Source: Glycera tridactyla (taxonomy: Eukaryota). Taken from it: 64,000 nucleotides of DNA. Of the stretch, positions 9,181 to 22,758 are shown one piece after another (within the stretch, counting starts at the first letter, position 1; the number at the start of each line of letters is the position of its first letter). The position numbers were made by a program, and so were the translations under genes. The stretch spans positions 9,610,001 through 9,674,000 of the forward strand of contig OZ286472.1 of NCBI GenBank assembly GCA_965644265.1. Reading direction: 5' to 3'. The notes below the pieces were generated by a model, which saw only the letters and a list, made by a program, of their open reading frames with translations, made no database searches and was not told the origin of the DNA.

Positions 9181-11237
9181 CTGAAGAGAACAATGATGTA
9201 TATGGTGAAACCTGTAATGGAAGACCGCCCTACATCACAGCAATATGTAGTATGATGTTGAGGGTCCCCCAGTCTGTGATGATCTAGTGATAATAGCAAG
9301 ACCTACCCAAGCACAGATTCATCTTGTGTTTTTATATTCTATATTACATCAATAGCCAAAAATATGGAGTGTACCTTACTACAGACAATAGACATACTTT
9401 CAGTTCAGGTAAAACAGGTTCATTACAAATATGATGTTTCCCCCATGCCTGGAACAATCACATTGTAGTAATCTCTGATAACTGCTGTGTATAAATACAA
9501 TATTGATAATAAGGTAGCCTACATGTTTATCATATCTTGTCTCAAGAACGTGTTTTTTTCAGATTTCGATATTAGGTATGACATGATAATGTATACAGCT
9601 GTCTATGACGACTGTGAAAGTTGATTGGAAATCTCTTTCTGAACTCATTAACACAAATGCAAAATAAAGTGCGAAAACATGCCCATTCTCACCCGAATGA
9701 GTACGACAAACTGCAACAAGTTGGTCATTTTCAATGAGAGCGAAATACATACTAATTTGATTTGAATTCATCCATTCAAATTGGATTATGCAGTATAAGT
9801 AAAGGATTTCTAACTGAGTAAACTGAGATGCAGTAAGCAACAGAAAACCCACCATGAACATAGGAAATTCCAGCCTTGAAACATTATGCAATCGTCTCTC
9901 ACATTACGCCAGAATTTACGGCTGCATATACATGATCAGATGCGTGCCAGTTCGCGATGATATAATGATGATAGCGCTCGTAACTTATCATTTCCTGACA
10001 TCTTTTATGATTCATGCTCAACTTTCCAGGCTGCACTTGCAGCGGGTACATTCCTTTGCTATTCTGCATGCCTTTAGGATATCATCCCACTATAATTGCT
10101 GGATAATTCAAATTTTGCACGATATTCCCCCAGTGGTGGTGAGGGGAGGGGGGGGGGGGGGGGGGGCTTCACACCTCAGATACAGATATAATGGTGCCTC
10201 AAGGAGGTGTAAATTACCATTGGTGACCCAGAAAAAAGAGTTACGAATGATTTCACCCATGCCAACTGCATGGGCATTTCAATGAAGCCCAGATGGTGCT
10301 GGGGGGATTCGAAACAACCAAACAACAAGCTTGACTGTGAATGATGAGAATACTAACAATAGGCTTAACAGAATTAATTTTGAAAATAAAAGTGCTGATC
10401 AACAGAATCTGATATATTTTCTGGATGAAATAGAATGTGATATGATAGAGGTGAGGATAAGTCTCTACATAGCATACATCATCTATAATTTCGGGATTAC
10501 ATCTCAGAAAGCCGTACAGATATAATCGGAATCTCAACGATGACTACGATGTCACTACATCAGCAGGAAATGTTCAACATTTCTCCAATACTATCAGCAT
10601 TGCCTCAAGTTTTGCTGCCNNNNNNNNNNNNNNNNNNNNNNNNNNNNNNNNNNNNNNNNNNNNNNNNNNNNNNNNNNNNNNNNNNNNNNNNNNNNNNNNN
10701 NNNNNNNNNNNNNNNNNNNNNNNNNNNNNNNNNNNNNNNNNNNNNNNNNNNNNNNNNNNNNNNNNNNNNNNNNNNNNNNNNNNNNNNNNNNNNNNNNNNN
10801 NNNNNNNNNNNNNNNNNNNNNNNNNNNNNNNNNNNNNNNNNNNNNNNTGATACATGTCTCAGTGGCTATAGACAGAGATGGGGGACATCTCCCATGGGAC
10901 ATGTCAGCATCCCACCCCAACCAGCTGGGCCACCGGCCTAGGTACACATCATCAAAGTTTCAGCCCATTATGCCAAACATAACTCATTGTGACATGCTGA
11001 GGGTTAGAGAGAGACACACAGTGTTTATTCATCCAGGTCATAATTTGTCATATATGATAATATAAGCAAAAATAATGACACAACTCATGTCCATGACCTG
11101 ATATCTCAGCAACCATTGATTCCATGATGAATACAAAATTTGCTTACTTTGGAAGCGAGACCAGGGCTACAGCCTCCTACCCGTGTGCAACCTCTACCTG
11201 TCACCTGAGCAGTATCCCGGATTGCATGTAACATCAA

Positions 11238-11360
11238 TCACGTGATCAAGAGTTCAAGACTCCTAGGCGGAGCCGAAACGTCGTCATAATTGTGTCAACA
11301 TTCGTTCCAAAGAAAGCAAATTTCGTATTCTTCATGAATCGGCTTGGAACCAAGAACAAT
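11238..11360 (+). mobile_element. Penelope-like terminal-repeat remnant with decayed hammerhead stem
   Basis: TCACGTGA, then gactcc-taggc-ggagcc-GAAACGTC, then tail cttggaaccaagaacaat shared with 3093-3207 and 8510-8623. Confidence 0.55.
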
Positions 11361-12575
11361 GTCATTTCTACCTTTGATTCCATGTAATGTTAATCATTCC
11401 AAAACATTGTTTCATCATTTCATTTTGGTCTAAAGGGATCGATACATTTTTGTAGACATATGAGGATGTGTAGATATCAAAAAAGATAGAAGGAACATAA
11501 GTATTTGATATATCAGAATGTGTAAGTTCAAAGATGACATGTATGTATGTATGTTTCGCTCTCCTGTAGGTATGATATGATATCATTTATTTCACCCTGG
11601 AGTAATGGTCAGCTCAAAGGCTGCATTCGACCCAGCCCAAGTATGTGATACCTAATTGAATTGAAACTTGAAGACTTTTCTGACATATTTGATAAGAAAA
11701 ATACAATCATGATGAAGCATAATGTTTGCATACTCATGCAGATTTCATGGTGTGGGTGCATTTATACCTCTGCCAACCCATGCACCAGTCCCACCTGATA
11801 ATGTCTGCTGATCTGTCATATAAATGCAACAAACTGAGAACACATTCATCTTCAAATGCATGTGAAATGTTCTCATCACATTTCGATTTGAAAGAAGTCA
11901 GCTGAAATTGTTACTACAGTGAGGGAATTTTGCCATTGTTCGGCTTCTGGTGATATTTGGGCAGGATAATCATAACCAATCAGAGGCGAGTTGGTAAATT
12001 TCTAATGTTTATCAGTTATCAGCCGCTCGACAAAGTATTCATTTTGACCACCAACAAAGTGGATGGAGAGAAGCTCAATGCGTGAACAGAAAAAGTGATG
12101 CCAGCCATGCATTAAGAAGATGACCTAGAGAGGTAAAGCAGGGAGTTCAACTTCATCTTGAATCAGCAGAGAGTGTTGAGGACTGCTCCCTGGAGAATTC
12201 TAAGTAAAATGTAGAGCATGAAAAATCAAAATAGATGCCCTACTTACCATGATAACATTTTTGTTGACGATGTTCATAAACATCTTTTCCGAAGAAAATG
12301 AATATCAACATGAATCATTTTGGAAACAAGAAAAGCCTATTTGTGACAATGATAACTTTGTATGTCATAGTATCTAGATGCAAGTGACATTTATAATGAA
12401 GTCAATTACTGTTTGAAAATACTATCACAGTCACACCTCAGGGGGGTCTTTATAGGTGAGCATGTAATACAACCATATCGTCCATGCAAGATCATGAAGT
12501 ATTACAATACAAAATAGGCAGGTGGTCTTTATAGAGAGGTGGTCTCTCTAGCGGGTTCTACTGTATATAGTTGAC

Positions 12576-12629
<54 letters not shown>
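12576..12629. repeat. (GAT)n microsatellite
   Basis: Direct read. Confidence 0.98.
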
Positions 12630-13268
12630 GTGTGATGATAGCAGGGACAAGTGGCTGAGGTCAGCATATAGCATTTAGGCTATTGAGAACTGGTATGTAC
12701 ACCTGGCCCAAGATGGAGGCAGGTAGGGAGAAGTGTCTTGAGAGTAGTCTCTGACCAGTCTGAATGAGGACCTGATGTCCCAATGTAAGATCTTATGAGA
12801 GGATCACCAAATAAAATATTCTTCGATCTATTCAATTTCTACCCATGCCTGCTTCTATACCATGGATCATGTGAAGACAGTCTCTCAAGGACTGCATCGA
12901 GTGAGTGGTGAATCGAGTGAAATTGCTGCTGGTGAGCATATGAATACAATCAATATGTGCGCCACCCCTTCATACCCCTAGAAAAAAATGAAACTATATG
13001 ATTGGACCAGGAAGTGGATAAGTGGGGACTGACAGGTCGGAGGCTGGGCCTTAGCTGATTATGACATCATATGTGATACAGCCTATTATAAAAATCATAT
13101 CATTTGACTAAATGCTTATTGAGGCAGAAATTAAGCAAATCCTCCAATTTGCCACTCTTGCTGATGAATGATGACCTGCTGTCAAATCATGAATCTGACC
13201 TCCAAGAATCTGTGAGCTATTGCATTGTTGAAGTCAGAATTGAACATTTTTGCATTCAAATTTATCAA

Positions 13269-13417
13269 TACAGTGAAACCTGCAACGAGTGACCACCCTA
13301 GATGCAGTCTCTCAACCGAGATATATTCGACTATCTCGAATGGAAAAGCTGTCTGAAAAGCAGTCTCCCATCAGAGGTGGTCTCTCGTCAGGGGCCCCTT
13401 GTTCCAGATTTCACTCA
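13269..13417. mobile_element. pogo/Tigger-like MITE, decayed
   Basis: TACAGTGAAACCTG ... cagatttcactca. Confidence 0.65.
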
Positions 13418-15144
13418 ACTTGATTTCAGGGATAGAAGCTGCAGTTAGTGGATTCTACAAAAGCCCAGTGGTTTCTGATAGAATTGAAAACTTTCTTTCA
13501 TCCAGAACAGAAACACAATTACATCAAATGAATGGGGTTCTCTGAAGATGAGATCCTTAAGTATGTTAGTATGATGATGAGCAGATGGGGGAATGCAACA
13601 TAACTCATCACCCATCATACGAAGGAGTCTTATTGGGCGAGGTAAGGACGAATCCCTGGCCGAGTTAAGTACGCAGATGTATCATTCCAGTGTGAAAGAG
13701 TCACTGATTATTGCAGCCTTCTTTATCAATCAACCCGTGATTGAATCGCTCTCAAAGCAATCTCCTAATATGACTTAGATAGCAGCATATCAATCTATAC
13801 CCATGTGTAAGCCCATGATGCATTACAACTCATTTGCATATAGAGTGTATTACCAGTCATTTCCATGAGGGAAGACATTATCACCTTTCTGTCCTCCTTG
13901 CTCTCTTTGGTTCCACTATCACCAAGTTATCCAGGCAATTCTCACCTGATCTTAACATTCTGAAAGGTGGTTAATTTGCTAATTCTGATGCACCACCTGA
14001 TGTTTGCACAGACACACTTTCAGTTGATATAGTAACTGAATTCAATCTGATGAATCAATCTGGTTCCTAACCACGATCAAGTAAACCATTCTGTGAAATC
14101 TTCTTATGTCTGTTTGTCCATCTACCTGCCTGCTCACCAGCCTGTTGTCCTGTAGTTGAAATCCTGTTAGTAGCATTCTGTTATGGCAATAACCCACTGG
14201 GCATTTGTTAAAATTAATTAATTGATAACTTGACCAAAGACATATTCCAATTATGATACTTTGAAACGAGGCGTGGATAAAGGACAGTCCGGTGTGGTTT
14301 TCATGTGTGTCTGATCAATGCCCTTTTCTGACCTGCCTGACTCATGAACATGATTTCTCACATCTGTCTGTCTGTCCGACCATCTGTCCGTCCCCTGACT
14401 GACTGACTGAAAGTTTTCTGTCTGTCTGTCTGTCTCTCAAAATCCAATTTTCTTGGTGTTTTTTTCCGTCAGACCATATGCGACTCTCTGGGACATTATA
14501 GGCTGCAATGGTCCACAGCTGAATCTATCTACAAGTAGACTCACTATGATATGGATTTCCATGTACTACACCTCCCCATGTGTCTCCTTATCACCAAAGA
14601 TGCTGCAGATACTTTCGTGGTCATCACTTGTATAATCAATAGATTCCCACGGGTCAGGAGATAGCTGCGGAAACAGTATGAGGAATTCAGTAACATCACA
14701 GCAATAACAAAATCTAGATTCTCCCCCAGAAAGATACCATGACATTAAAAGGGTGAGAGGTATCAGGGATAAGAAACCATCTGTCATCATTCAATTAAGA
14801 AAAATAAACATCAACATATAATATGTCATCCCCAGGTCTGATTTAAGGTGCTTCCTGCCACCCATGCCTGCCATCTAGTGGCAGTTTTTATCCTCATCTT
14901 TATGCAATGGATGCAGATTGCCTCGTCTGAACCCATAACTGATGGCAGCAGGTAAATACACAAGGATGAGGATGTGATTTTTCACTGCCATCTTGCTGAT
15001 GTAGGATATAGTTTATCAGAATTGGGGTGCTCTTTCAGTAGTGGTGTTATGAAGAAGTCCAGTATAGCATGACATCTGTGGTGTGACAAGATATAAATGA
15101 AAGCATGAAGTGGTCTCATGAGACAGGTGGTCTCAACTAAGAGA

Positions 15145-15453
15145 TACAAAGTAAAACTTCTCTTGGGAGACCGACCCAAATGCCGACCATGAGTGGTCGA
15201 TCAAGAAAGGTGGTCTCTCATTGGAGGTATTTTTGAGAATGCCAAATAGAAATGACCCAATGAGAAGCAGTCTCTCAAAAGAGGGCAGTCTCTCATAAGA
15301 GGTGTCTCTCAAAAGAGGGCAGTCTCTCATAAGAGGTGTCTCTCAAAAGAGGGCAGTCTCTCATAAGAGGTGTCTCTCAGAAGAGGGCAGTCTCTCATAA
15401 GAGGTGTCTCTCAAAAGAGGGCAGTCTCTCATAAGAGGTGTCTCTGAAAAGAG
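15145..15453. repeat. pogo/Tigger-like MITE with an internal 34-bp tandem array (5 copies, 15285-15453)
   Basis: Unit gcagtctctcataagaggtgtctctcaaaagagg starts at 15285, 15319, 15353, 15387 and 15421; the right TIR is absent. Confidence 0.85.
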
Positions 15454-16599
15454 ATTCCATTTTATTTGATTGTGGGTAATCAAAGGCAAACTGAGGTGAT
15501 GATTTTTCCAAACATCACTCATGCCACTATATCAGTGTAAGTGGTGACAGTCAAGGCCCCAACTAGTAGTTGGTCTGGTACATCATATGTAATGCCAAAC
15601 TCATCAATATGGATTCATGCTGAATTTCCAAAGTACCATTGTCATAACCACAAAGGCAAGGATGATATAAATACCATTCTGATTTTTTACGAGACCCAGA
15701 TAAAGACATTTTGAAATTAAGATAGCAGACCATGAGACAGCAATGATGACAATCCGCAAGCTCTGCTGATAGGTCTCTCTATTCTGATGATCACAACCAA
15801 CTAGAAATACTTCTCATTTCTTACTGCTCTTTCTTACTCTATTCCTTTCTTTCTTTCATTTTTTCTTTCTTTCTATTGTTCTCACTAACACACACGCAAG
15901 CACATGCATACACACATACACACACTGACTGACNNNNNNNNNNNNNNNNNNNNNNNNNNNNNNNNNNNNNNNNNNNNNNNNNNNNNNNNNNNNNNNNNNN
16001 NNNNNNNNNNNNNNNNNNNNNNNNNNNNNNNNNNNNNNNNNNNNNNNNNNNNNNNNNNNNNNNNNNNNNNNNNNNNNNNNNNNNNNNNNNNNNNNNCTAA
16101 CAAATTATCAATAATTGCTGGCAGAGAACTCATCTTACTTTGTCTCCTATTGGAATATTGTTTCTCCTCTCTTTCAAGTTGATTCAAACAAGATCCACAG
16201 CAATGCCACATTATTGCTTATTGTCTTGCTCTTATTGTCATGCTTCTTCACCACAAACTCGCACAGAACGCAATCTATCTCAACAGCTGCACACTCCTCA
16301 TGTGGTCATGACATGGAAGAACATATAGACCAAGAGATATGCATCATGATATCATATTTTTTATTATTTGTGGAATGTGGACTCTTGTCTTACAACTGGT
16401 AAATACATGCATGTGACCGAAATAGCTTTACTACAGTACTTCACTAAACACAATATCACTGCTTCTGGCATTTCCACAAAATCACATTTCTGGTACTCAG
16501 ATATTCAGTTCATCATGTCGAAATGTTGCCATATGAGACACGGGTCCAACGAAATCCCACTTCTTGAAGTAGAAGTTACTTGATTACTCATGGTGATTT

Positions 16600-16930
16600 T
16601 GGTCGAAGTTTGAGGAGCTTTCGGGGTCAATCCATTCAGACCCCTCCTTCAGCTCTTGTTGACTGCGCTGTAGTAGTGTCATCACTTGACCGCGTAGTTG
16701 GGCGGCGATCATGTGACAGATGGAAGATCTCCCTATAGATCGGTGGGAGATTGTGGCAGCACCTGTCCCTGTTGAGCTCCGGGTCTTTTTGCGCGATGTG
16801 GACTGACTCTGCCACACCTCTGTGAAACCAGTCGGACTCCTGGTGTAGGATGGAGACACTCTCATCTGAGGTTGTTGGTGGTGCATATGCGCACCTACTG
16901 GAGAAGAGATTCTTTGGTTGTTCCGCTTTA
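16600..16930 (-). pseudogene. Penelope-like retroelement 3' remnant: GIY-YIG endonuclease C-terminus plus hammerhead-like motif
   Basis: Minus-strand translation VSILHQESDWFHRGVAESVHIAQKDPELNRDRCCHNLPPIYREIF, preceded after a frameshift by SSPVGAHMHH. This matches the PLE GIY-YIG tail pattern (ILxxExxWFxRGVxEAIxIxxxxPxLNRD). CTGAAGGA-GGGGTC..GACCCC-GAAAGCTC follows. Confidence 0.8.
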
Positions 16931-19258
16931 CACTCTCAGTTGTGATCCCCTTACCATGGCTCATGTCATCATCTGCCTTCTATAACAAACTTCCTGTTAT
17001 TCTCTTATTCTGTTATGCCAATTCACATATTATGTGATTCCACACAAACCCAAACTGACTCCTCTCAAATCTGCAGCTATGGTGAAATCAAGAAACACCC
17101 AACTTTAATTCTGATGCAGAACTGTATATGTGACCAGACTCAAGCGAATGCATGAGAAGCGGTTATGATTCAGTTATGAGGGCTGTTTCTATAGGTCATT
17201 ATGCAACCATCACTGTAAATTGACCATGATCTTTGAAACATATGAACTGAGGTTTGGGAGACTCTTGTGATATTATAGGTCATCTGAATATTAGGGGAAT
17301 GCATGTAGAGATACTGATAGAATCGGCTCAGCAGGTCTCTATGCATGGACTGAGATGACCTCACATGAGACAAATGCACACCAGATATTATTTGCCAGAA
17401 ATGTGGTTGCAGCCACCAGACCTGTTTGTTAGATACAAATACACCAGAGATAGATTATTCATTGGCACAAATAGTCACCCTGATCCATCCACCCTAACTC
17501 GAGTTCCACATCTCACTTGAAGCATCTACATGTGCTGGAAGATATTAAAGAATGCACGCTTTTAGACATGTCAGAAAAGAACCTAGCACATGCAATCCTC
17601 ACAATTGTTGAAGCCTGTAAAGTTCACACTGCATGGGTAAAATTTTTCACCCACGTATCAGTTTGAAATGAAACACATTGATGATCCTAGAAAATATTTT
17701 TGGCAACTAAAAATGTGATAAGGATGTTGCTCATTCATATATTGGACCTCTGCATGTCAAAATATGGTAATGTCATGCAATTCTGCAGTGTCTAATCCAG
17801 AGGGGGCATTTGGGCAAATGATCCCACAAACCTGACAGAACGCCCATTGTTTCTCGATGGAGGGGCCCATTTTGCCCCATCAGAAAGCCCAATTGATGCA
17901 TTCAAATGACATTGTCAATTCTGTTTGCTGAGTGGTTGTTTTCACATGGCCACACTACCAAGCTCATTTCTTCCATTCATTTGAAACATCATGGCATTGC
18001 CTGGAAAACTCCCCCTCCCTCCAAAAGTGCCCGCATTTACCAAAACACACCCCCTTTTTCAGAGAGGGGTTGTTTCCTGCTCTGAATTCAATTTCTAGAT
18101 TGGACACTGATTCTATGGTGGATGCAGTAGCCTTATCTTTATCATTTTACACACAACTAATCTCAAAATTGTCTACCATTCCACTGTTTGGATTCAATGA
18201 AATCAAAAGAAATCAAATGCATGCTGCCCACCTAAGTCAGTTTTAATGGTTGAAGAAGGGCCTTTATGATCCAGCTGTACCATTGGAAATATGATGAATG
18301 AACAATGGCAACATGAGTATTTGAAACATATCTGGGGAATTCAGATTCGACTCTTGTTTTAAAGGGGTAATCGCTGTGTTTTATCAGTCTGCAGAGAGGC
18401 TGGATAATTGATGACAAAGTGAGACTCTTTTTGGCGTAAAGTGTTAACATTTGACTCCAAAGATCTTTGAACAAATGGTCCTCAATTGTAAGTTTAGGTG
18501 TGTTGGGGTTGTGGCGTGTTATCTTCGTCACATTGCAGCAAAAGCGAGCGTCCAGACTGAAACCGTTCTGTCTGTCCATACATGGCCACAATTACCATGA
18601 CCTTTTGTTTCAAATGCATAATAAATGTTGGAGCAGCTCAATTTGCTGCCGCTGAAACGATCTCCATCTCTCACACGCCGCCCAAATCACTGAAACCAGG
18701 TGAGAGATTAGTCTGCATTTGTGGCACCAAGAGGATATAGGAACATCTTAGTAGGACTTCTCATCAGTAATATTGAGACAACGGGAGAGACTACGACTGG
18801 ATCATCATTGAAAACCACAATGTTTTTTGGACATGAAGGAATATAACATATCCAAGTACTCCCAGGACATTTATTGTTTGTTCGTTCATTTGAATGTTTC
18901 AACTGATCTTAGCCCAGTATACTGTCTGAAGGTTCTGATCTTCCCAGTGCTGCTGTTAGCTAATGAAGGGTGACCGTTACCCCTGACTTTCGTATCAATT
19001 CAACATAATTTTGTAATTGATGTAATGCTGTTGGGCATCAAAAGATATTGACATTGACATTGTCTTTGTCATTGAAATAGATGAGAATTTTTGCATTTCA
19101 GAAATCACTGACTCAAGTTTATCGACGGGGACTCGGATATATACCCAAGACTGAAGAGTTTTGCTGATACAAATATCGTAGAATAATATCTGTCACTTTC
19201 ATCGCTATTCCAATCATGATGTAATGAGTCTATTCAACGAGACAGATAATATACTTAC

Positions 19259-19274
19259 CAGATGTGACTTCATT
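19259..19274 (-). CDS. Candidate 16-nt micro-exon (R-MKSHL)
   Basis: Acceptor aatcactttcag, donor CTG|gtaagt. Confidence 0.4.
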
Positions 19275-21121
19275 CTGAAAGTGATTATTGTTGTTTCAGA
19301 TCTGGTGAATTATCACTAATATATTACGACACAATATCGAGATCCATCCATGAAGAGAAACATGCAAGAGACAACCCTGAATGACAACAAAATGGTCTCA
19401 CAAGGCAGACGGTCTCTCCACAGAGGTATACTGTCAAACTTGTCTACAAAGACCTCATTCGGTCACATCATCAAGTGGTTTTTATGAAAAGGTGATCATG
19501 GTGATGTTTACAGAAGAGATAACCATCATGGTCATCGGTGGCCTTTGTATAATTGTTTGTTTGGTTGATGTTTAACAGCGTGTATCACTCGGGAGGTTTA
19601 TGTATGCCATGTATTCTAGAAAGCTAGATGTTCTCCCTCCTGCAGATATCACTCTCACAAACCCTGAACACAAGATGATGGGGAACCTGAAAGGTTGTCA
19701 GATGGAAGTAGCTGACAGTTCAGATACACATATAGGCCTCTGTATGGAGGTAGTCTCTTCAGTAATATAACTGTATTTGACAGTCAAATAAAAGTGGAAC
19801 TCACAAAAAGCGCTCTCTCTAAACAGGTGGTATCTCCTCAGGGAGTCTTTCATCTCAGCTTCCATTGAATTTTTCAATGTATGCCATGCTAAGAACTGGT
19901 CTAGTGAGGCATTGTGTTTGTATGTTTTTTCATGGCATCATGCAATTTGCTTGTCTTCATTAAAGCAGCAACAAAATGAAAGTGTAGTCAGAGTCCCGCA
20001 GTTCATGTCCATTGATATCAACTCCTATCTTCTCGGGATATCTTGAACTTATGGTTGGCGATGAAATGATGAAGAAAGGAGCTGATATCTTCAATATGAT
20101 CACAGAAAGGAATGTAGGTNNNNNNNNNNNNNNNNNNNNNNNNNNNNNNNNNNNNNNNNNNNNNNNNNNNNNNNNNNNNNNNNNNNNNNNNNNNNNNNNN
20201 NNNNNNNNNNNNNNNNNNNNNNNNNNNNNNNNNNNNNNNNNNNNNNNNNNNNNNNNNNNNNNNNNNNNNNNNNNNNNNACAAAGAAGCTCTGTGCTTCAC
20301 AGGTTTGGCCATGCAATGCATGCTATTTATAGACTAAGAATCTTCCTATTTCTTAAGACTACTTTTTGTATTCAAACCGGGAGGTCCCTCATCCCAATTT
20401 CATCTATACAATTGCATCAAATGGGCATTCAGAAGAGTATACAGACATCATTTCTTGAATAAAGATACTGTGTCAAAGAGTGTCAAACTGCAGTGATTTA
20501 TCAAACTATGACACAAACCAGAAAAGGAATTGTAAGACTGACATTTATATGCCTCTACCACAGAAAGATTGCTTGACTGCGGAGCTATCCCTCTCAATAT
20601 GTCATTTGTTTCGCCGCATGACATGAGTTGACTCCATGTCGAGCTTCAACCGACAATCAACTCACTCTCTGATCGTCATTAGTTATGAAGACAAATTGAC
20701 GAGACTGAGCCAAGGCTCTCATACCCATACTTTAACTTCATCCGAAAAAAAAAAGAAATGTTATAGATCAATCAGTAGAATCGGGAATCTTTTTCATTTT
20801 CTCAAATTGAATGTACTGTCTCAGGTTGAATTTCATACAGGCATGTATAAGTACTGTAATATTTCAAACTGCGATGATGATAGACAGATGCAATAAGATG
20901 AACAGAATATGAACAAAATGTACTTTGCACAGAGCTTGAGATTGTTGGTGGGTCGTGGCCCCCTGACCCAGCTTTATGCCCACTGGGCCCATCAGCAACA
21001 TTACTATGGGTCAACTGGCCTAGTTTTCCATCCAGTGAACCAGTGCTAGATAGGAGGAGGCCAATCATTTCGAATTATCGCCCAGAATGTTTTCAAATTA
21101 TCAGCTGTATGGCCCACTGAC

Positions 21122-21178
21122 CTGTCAGAAGATATGAAGTTCTGTTCGCACACAAGATACTGCAGAGGTAGTGAACGC
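21122..21178 (-). CDS. Candidate 57-nt host exon (RSLPLQYLVCEQNFISSD)
   Basis: Acceptor ccacatttcttcag, donor CAG|gtcagt; frame-compatible with 19259-19274 and 9130-9180. Confidence 0.45.
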
Positions 21179-21416
21179 CTGAAGAAATGTGGAATATGAT
21201 GAAATCTCTTTTTAACAAAAGCTCAAATCCTGCTGCAAACCCTGGGTAAAGAAGAACATGTAACAAACAAAAAAACCAAGTATACACCACATGAGTTGTA
21301 ACTCTTCAATCTTGAAGTATGTCACCAGGCTCACCCATCACATCAGAGGATGGGATGCTGTCAGAGGTGTGATCCCCCTACCTACCACATGTGGACTGAT
21401 CATCAGGCACTCCTTA

Positions 21417-21598
21417 TACAGTAAAACCTGTCTTGGGAGACCGCCCCAAATGCCAACGAAAGGTGGTCTCTTAAGACAGGTGGTCTCTCATTGTAGGTAT
21501 ATTTGACTATGTCAAATAGAGAAGAGCCAATAAAACGCGGTCTCCCATAAGAGGGTGGTCCCCCAAAAAAGGGTTCTCCCAAGACAGGTTTCACTGTA
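21417..21598. mobile_element. pogo/Tigger-like MITE, main family (>20 full or partial copies in the window)
   Basis: TA-CAGTAAAACCTGTCTTGGGAGA ... TCTCCCAAGACAGGTTTCACTG-TA inverted ends with flanking TA. Close copies at 2301-2477, 25267-25669, 41419-41599, 42762-42942. Confidence 0.9.
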
Positions 21599-21704
21599 TA
21601 ACATTATTATCGGAAAGCATCATATCTCACTCAGATTGTGCAAAAACATGGAAAAATTAGGACCCGCAGAGAGGATTTACCTTTATTAATCACAGGGGGA
21701 TGGG

Positions 21705-22157
21705 TAGTGCTCGGACTCGGTTGCAAAAATTATGATCGATTAATCGGACTCACCAGCGATTGATTATCGATTAAATAATCAATCAAGCCTCACCTGATTG
21801 ACCTCAAAATGCTGAAGATTTGCTATGAAATCATAACTTTGTACCCATATCTAAGGGTAATAACCTTTTTGTCAAATCATCAAACTTGCATCAAATAATG
21901 TCCCTGTATTGACTAATACACTTCTACATTCGTTTTTCTTGTACTTTGTGAGCTTGGTGAAATTTCTGCATCAAATTTGGAGGTTCCCACAATGATGCAT
22001 ATATGCTGATATTATTGAGATCATCTAAAGTTATTCCATAAAGGTACAACAAAATCATGAAAATTTTGATCGATTATCAATTTTTATGATCGATTAATCA
22101 AATTGGACCTCTCAACGATGCAATAATCGATATCATCGGGTAATCGTCAGAGCTCTA
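21705..22157. mobile_element. hAT-like MITE (TAGTGCTC...GAGCTCTA) with subterminal ATCGATTAATC repeats
   Basis: Near-inverted 8-bp ends; multiple gatcgattaatc motifs near both ends; flanking 8-mers gggatggg/gtgacggt match at 5 of 8 positions. Confidence 0.6.
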
Positions 22158-22162
22158 GTGAC

Positions 22163-22210
<48 letters not shown>

Positions 22211-22593
22211 TGTGTTCGATGGCATCATAAGATTCTGATAACAGATTTTACAGGATCAAGCAACCGATATTTGGCACGTTTTGGTAACAGATGCCCGGGG
22301 AAGGGTGAACGTAAGTATGCGATAGAAAACTTTCTCTAAAAATACCAATTCCATCCCAAACTAGAGATGAGCCCAGACAATTAGACCGACTCTCAGGCCA
22401 ATCAACAAGGTGTGAAAACTATTTTTGGGGCTTGTATGCAGTAATGACGCTCACACCTTTTAACAATATATTCTGTGGCAGCACACTCATTTTATTTTGT
22501 GTTTTGTACACTGCATTTGTGCACTGTTTGAACTGGCTTCAATCCTGCTACAATGTGACGTAACTTTTCAACGATATTGATTATAGAATGAAA

Positions 22594-22758
22594 TATACTG
22601 AAACCTGTGACGAGAGATCACATCAGCAGGGGGACCAATTTTTCAGGGCAGATTCCTATTTGACATAGCCCAATTTACCTCTAGGGGGAGACCATCCCCT
22701 GTGAGAGAACACTTTTCGGTGACATTGAGGGTGGTCTCTCATCAGAGATTTCACTGTA
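22594..22758. mobile_element. pogo/Tigger-like MITE, decayed
   Basis: tatactgaaacctg ... gagatttcactgTA, with family-like interior. Confidence 0.7.

Noticed and set aside
16584-16964. 126-aa ORF as a host exon
   Set aside because: The diagnostic GIY-YIG tail is in another frame; it is a frameshifted Penelope remnant.
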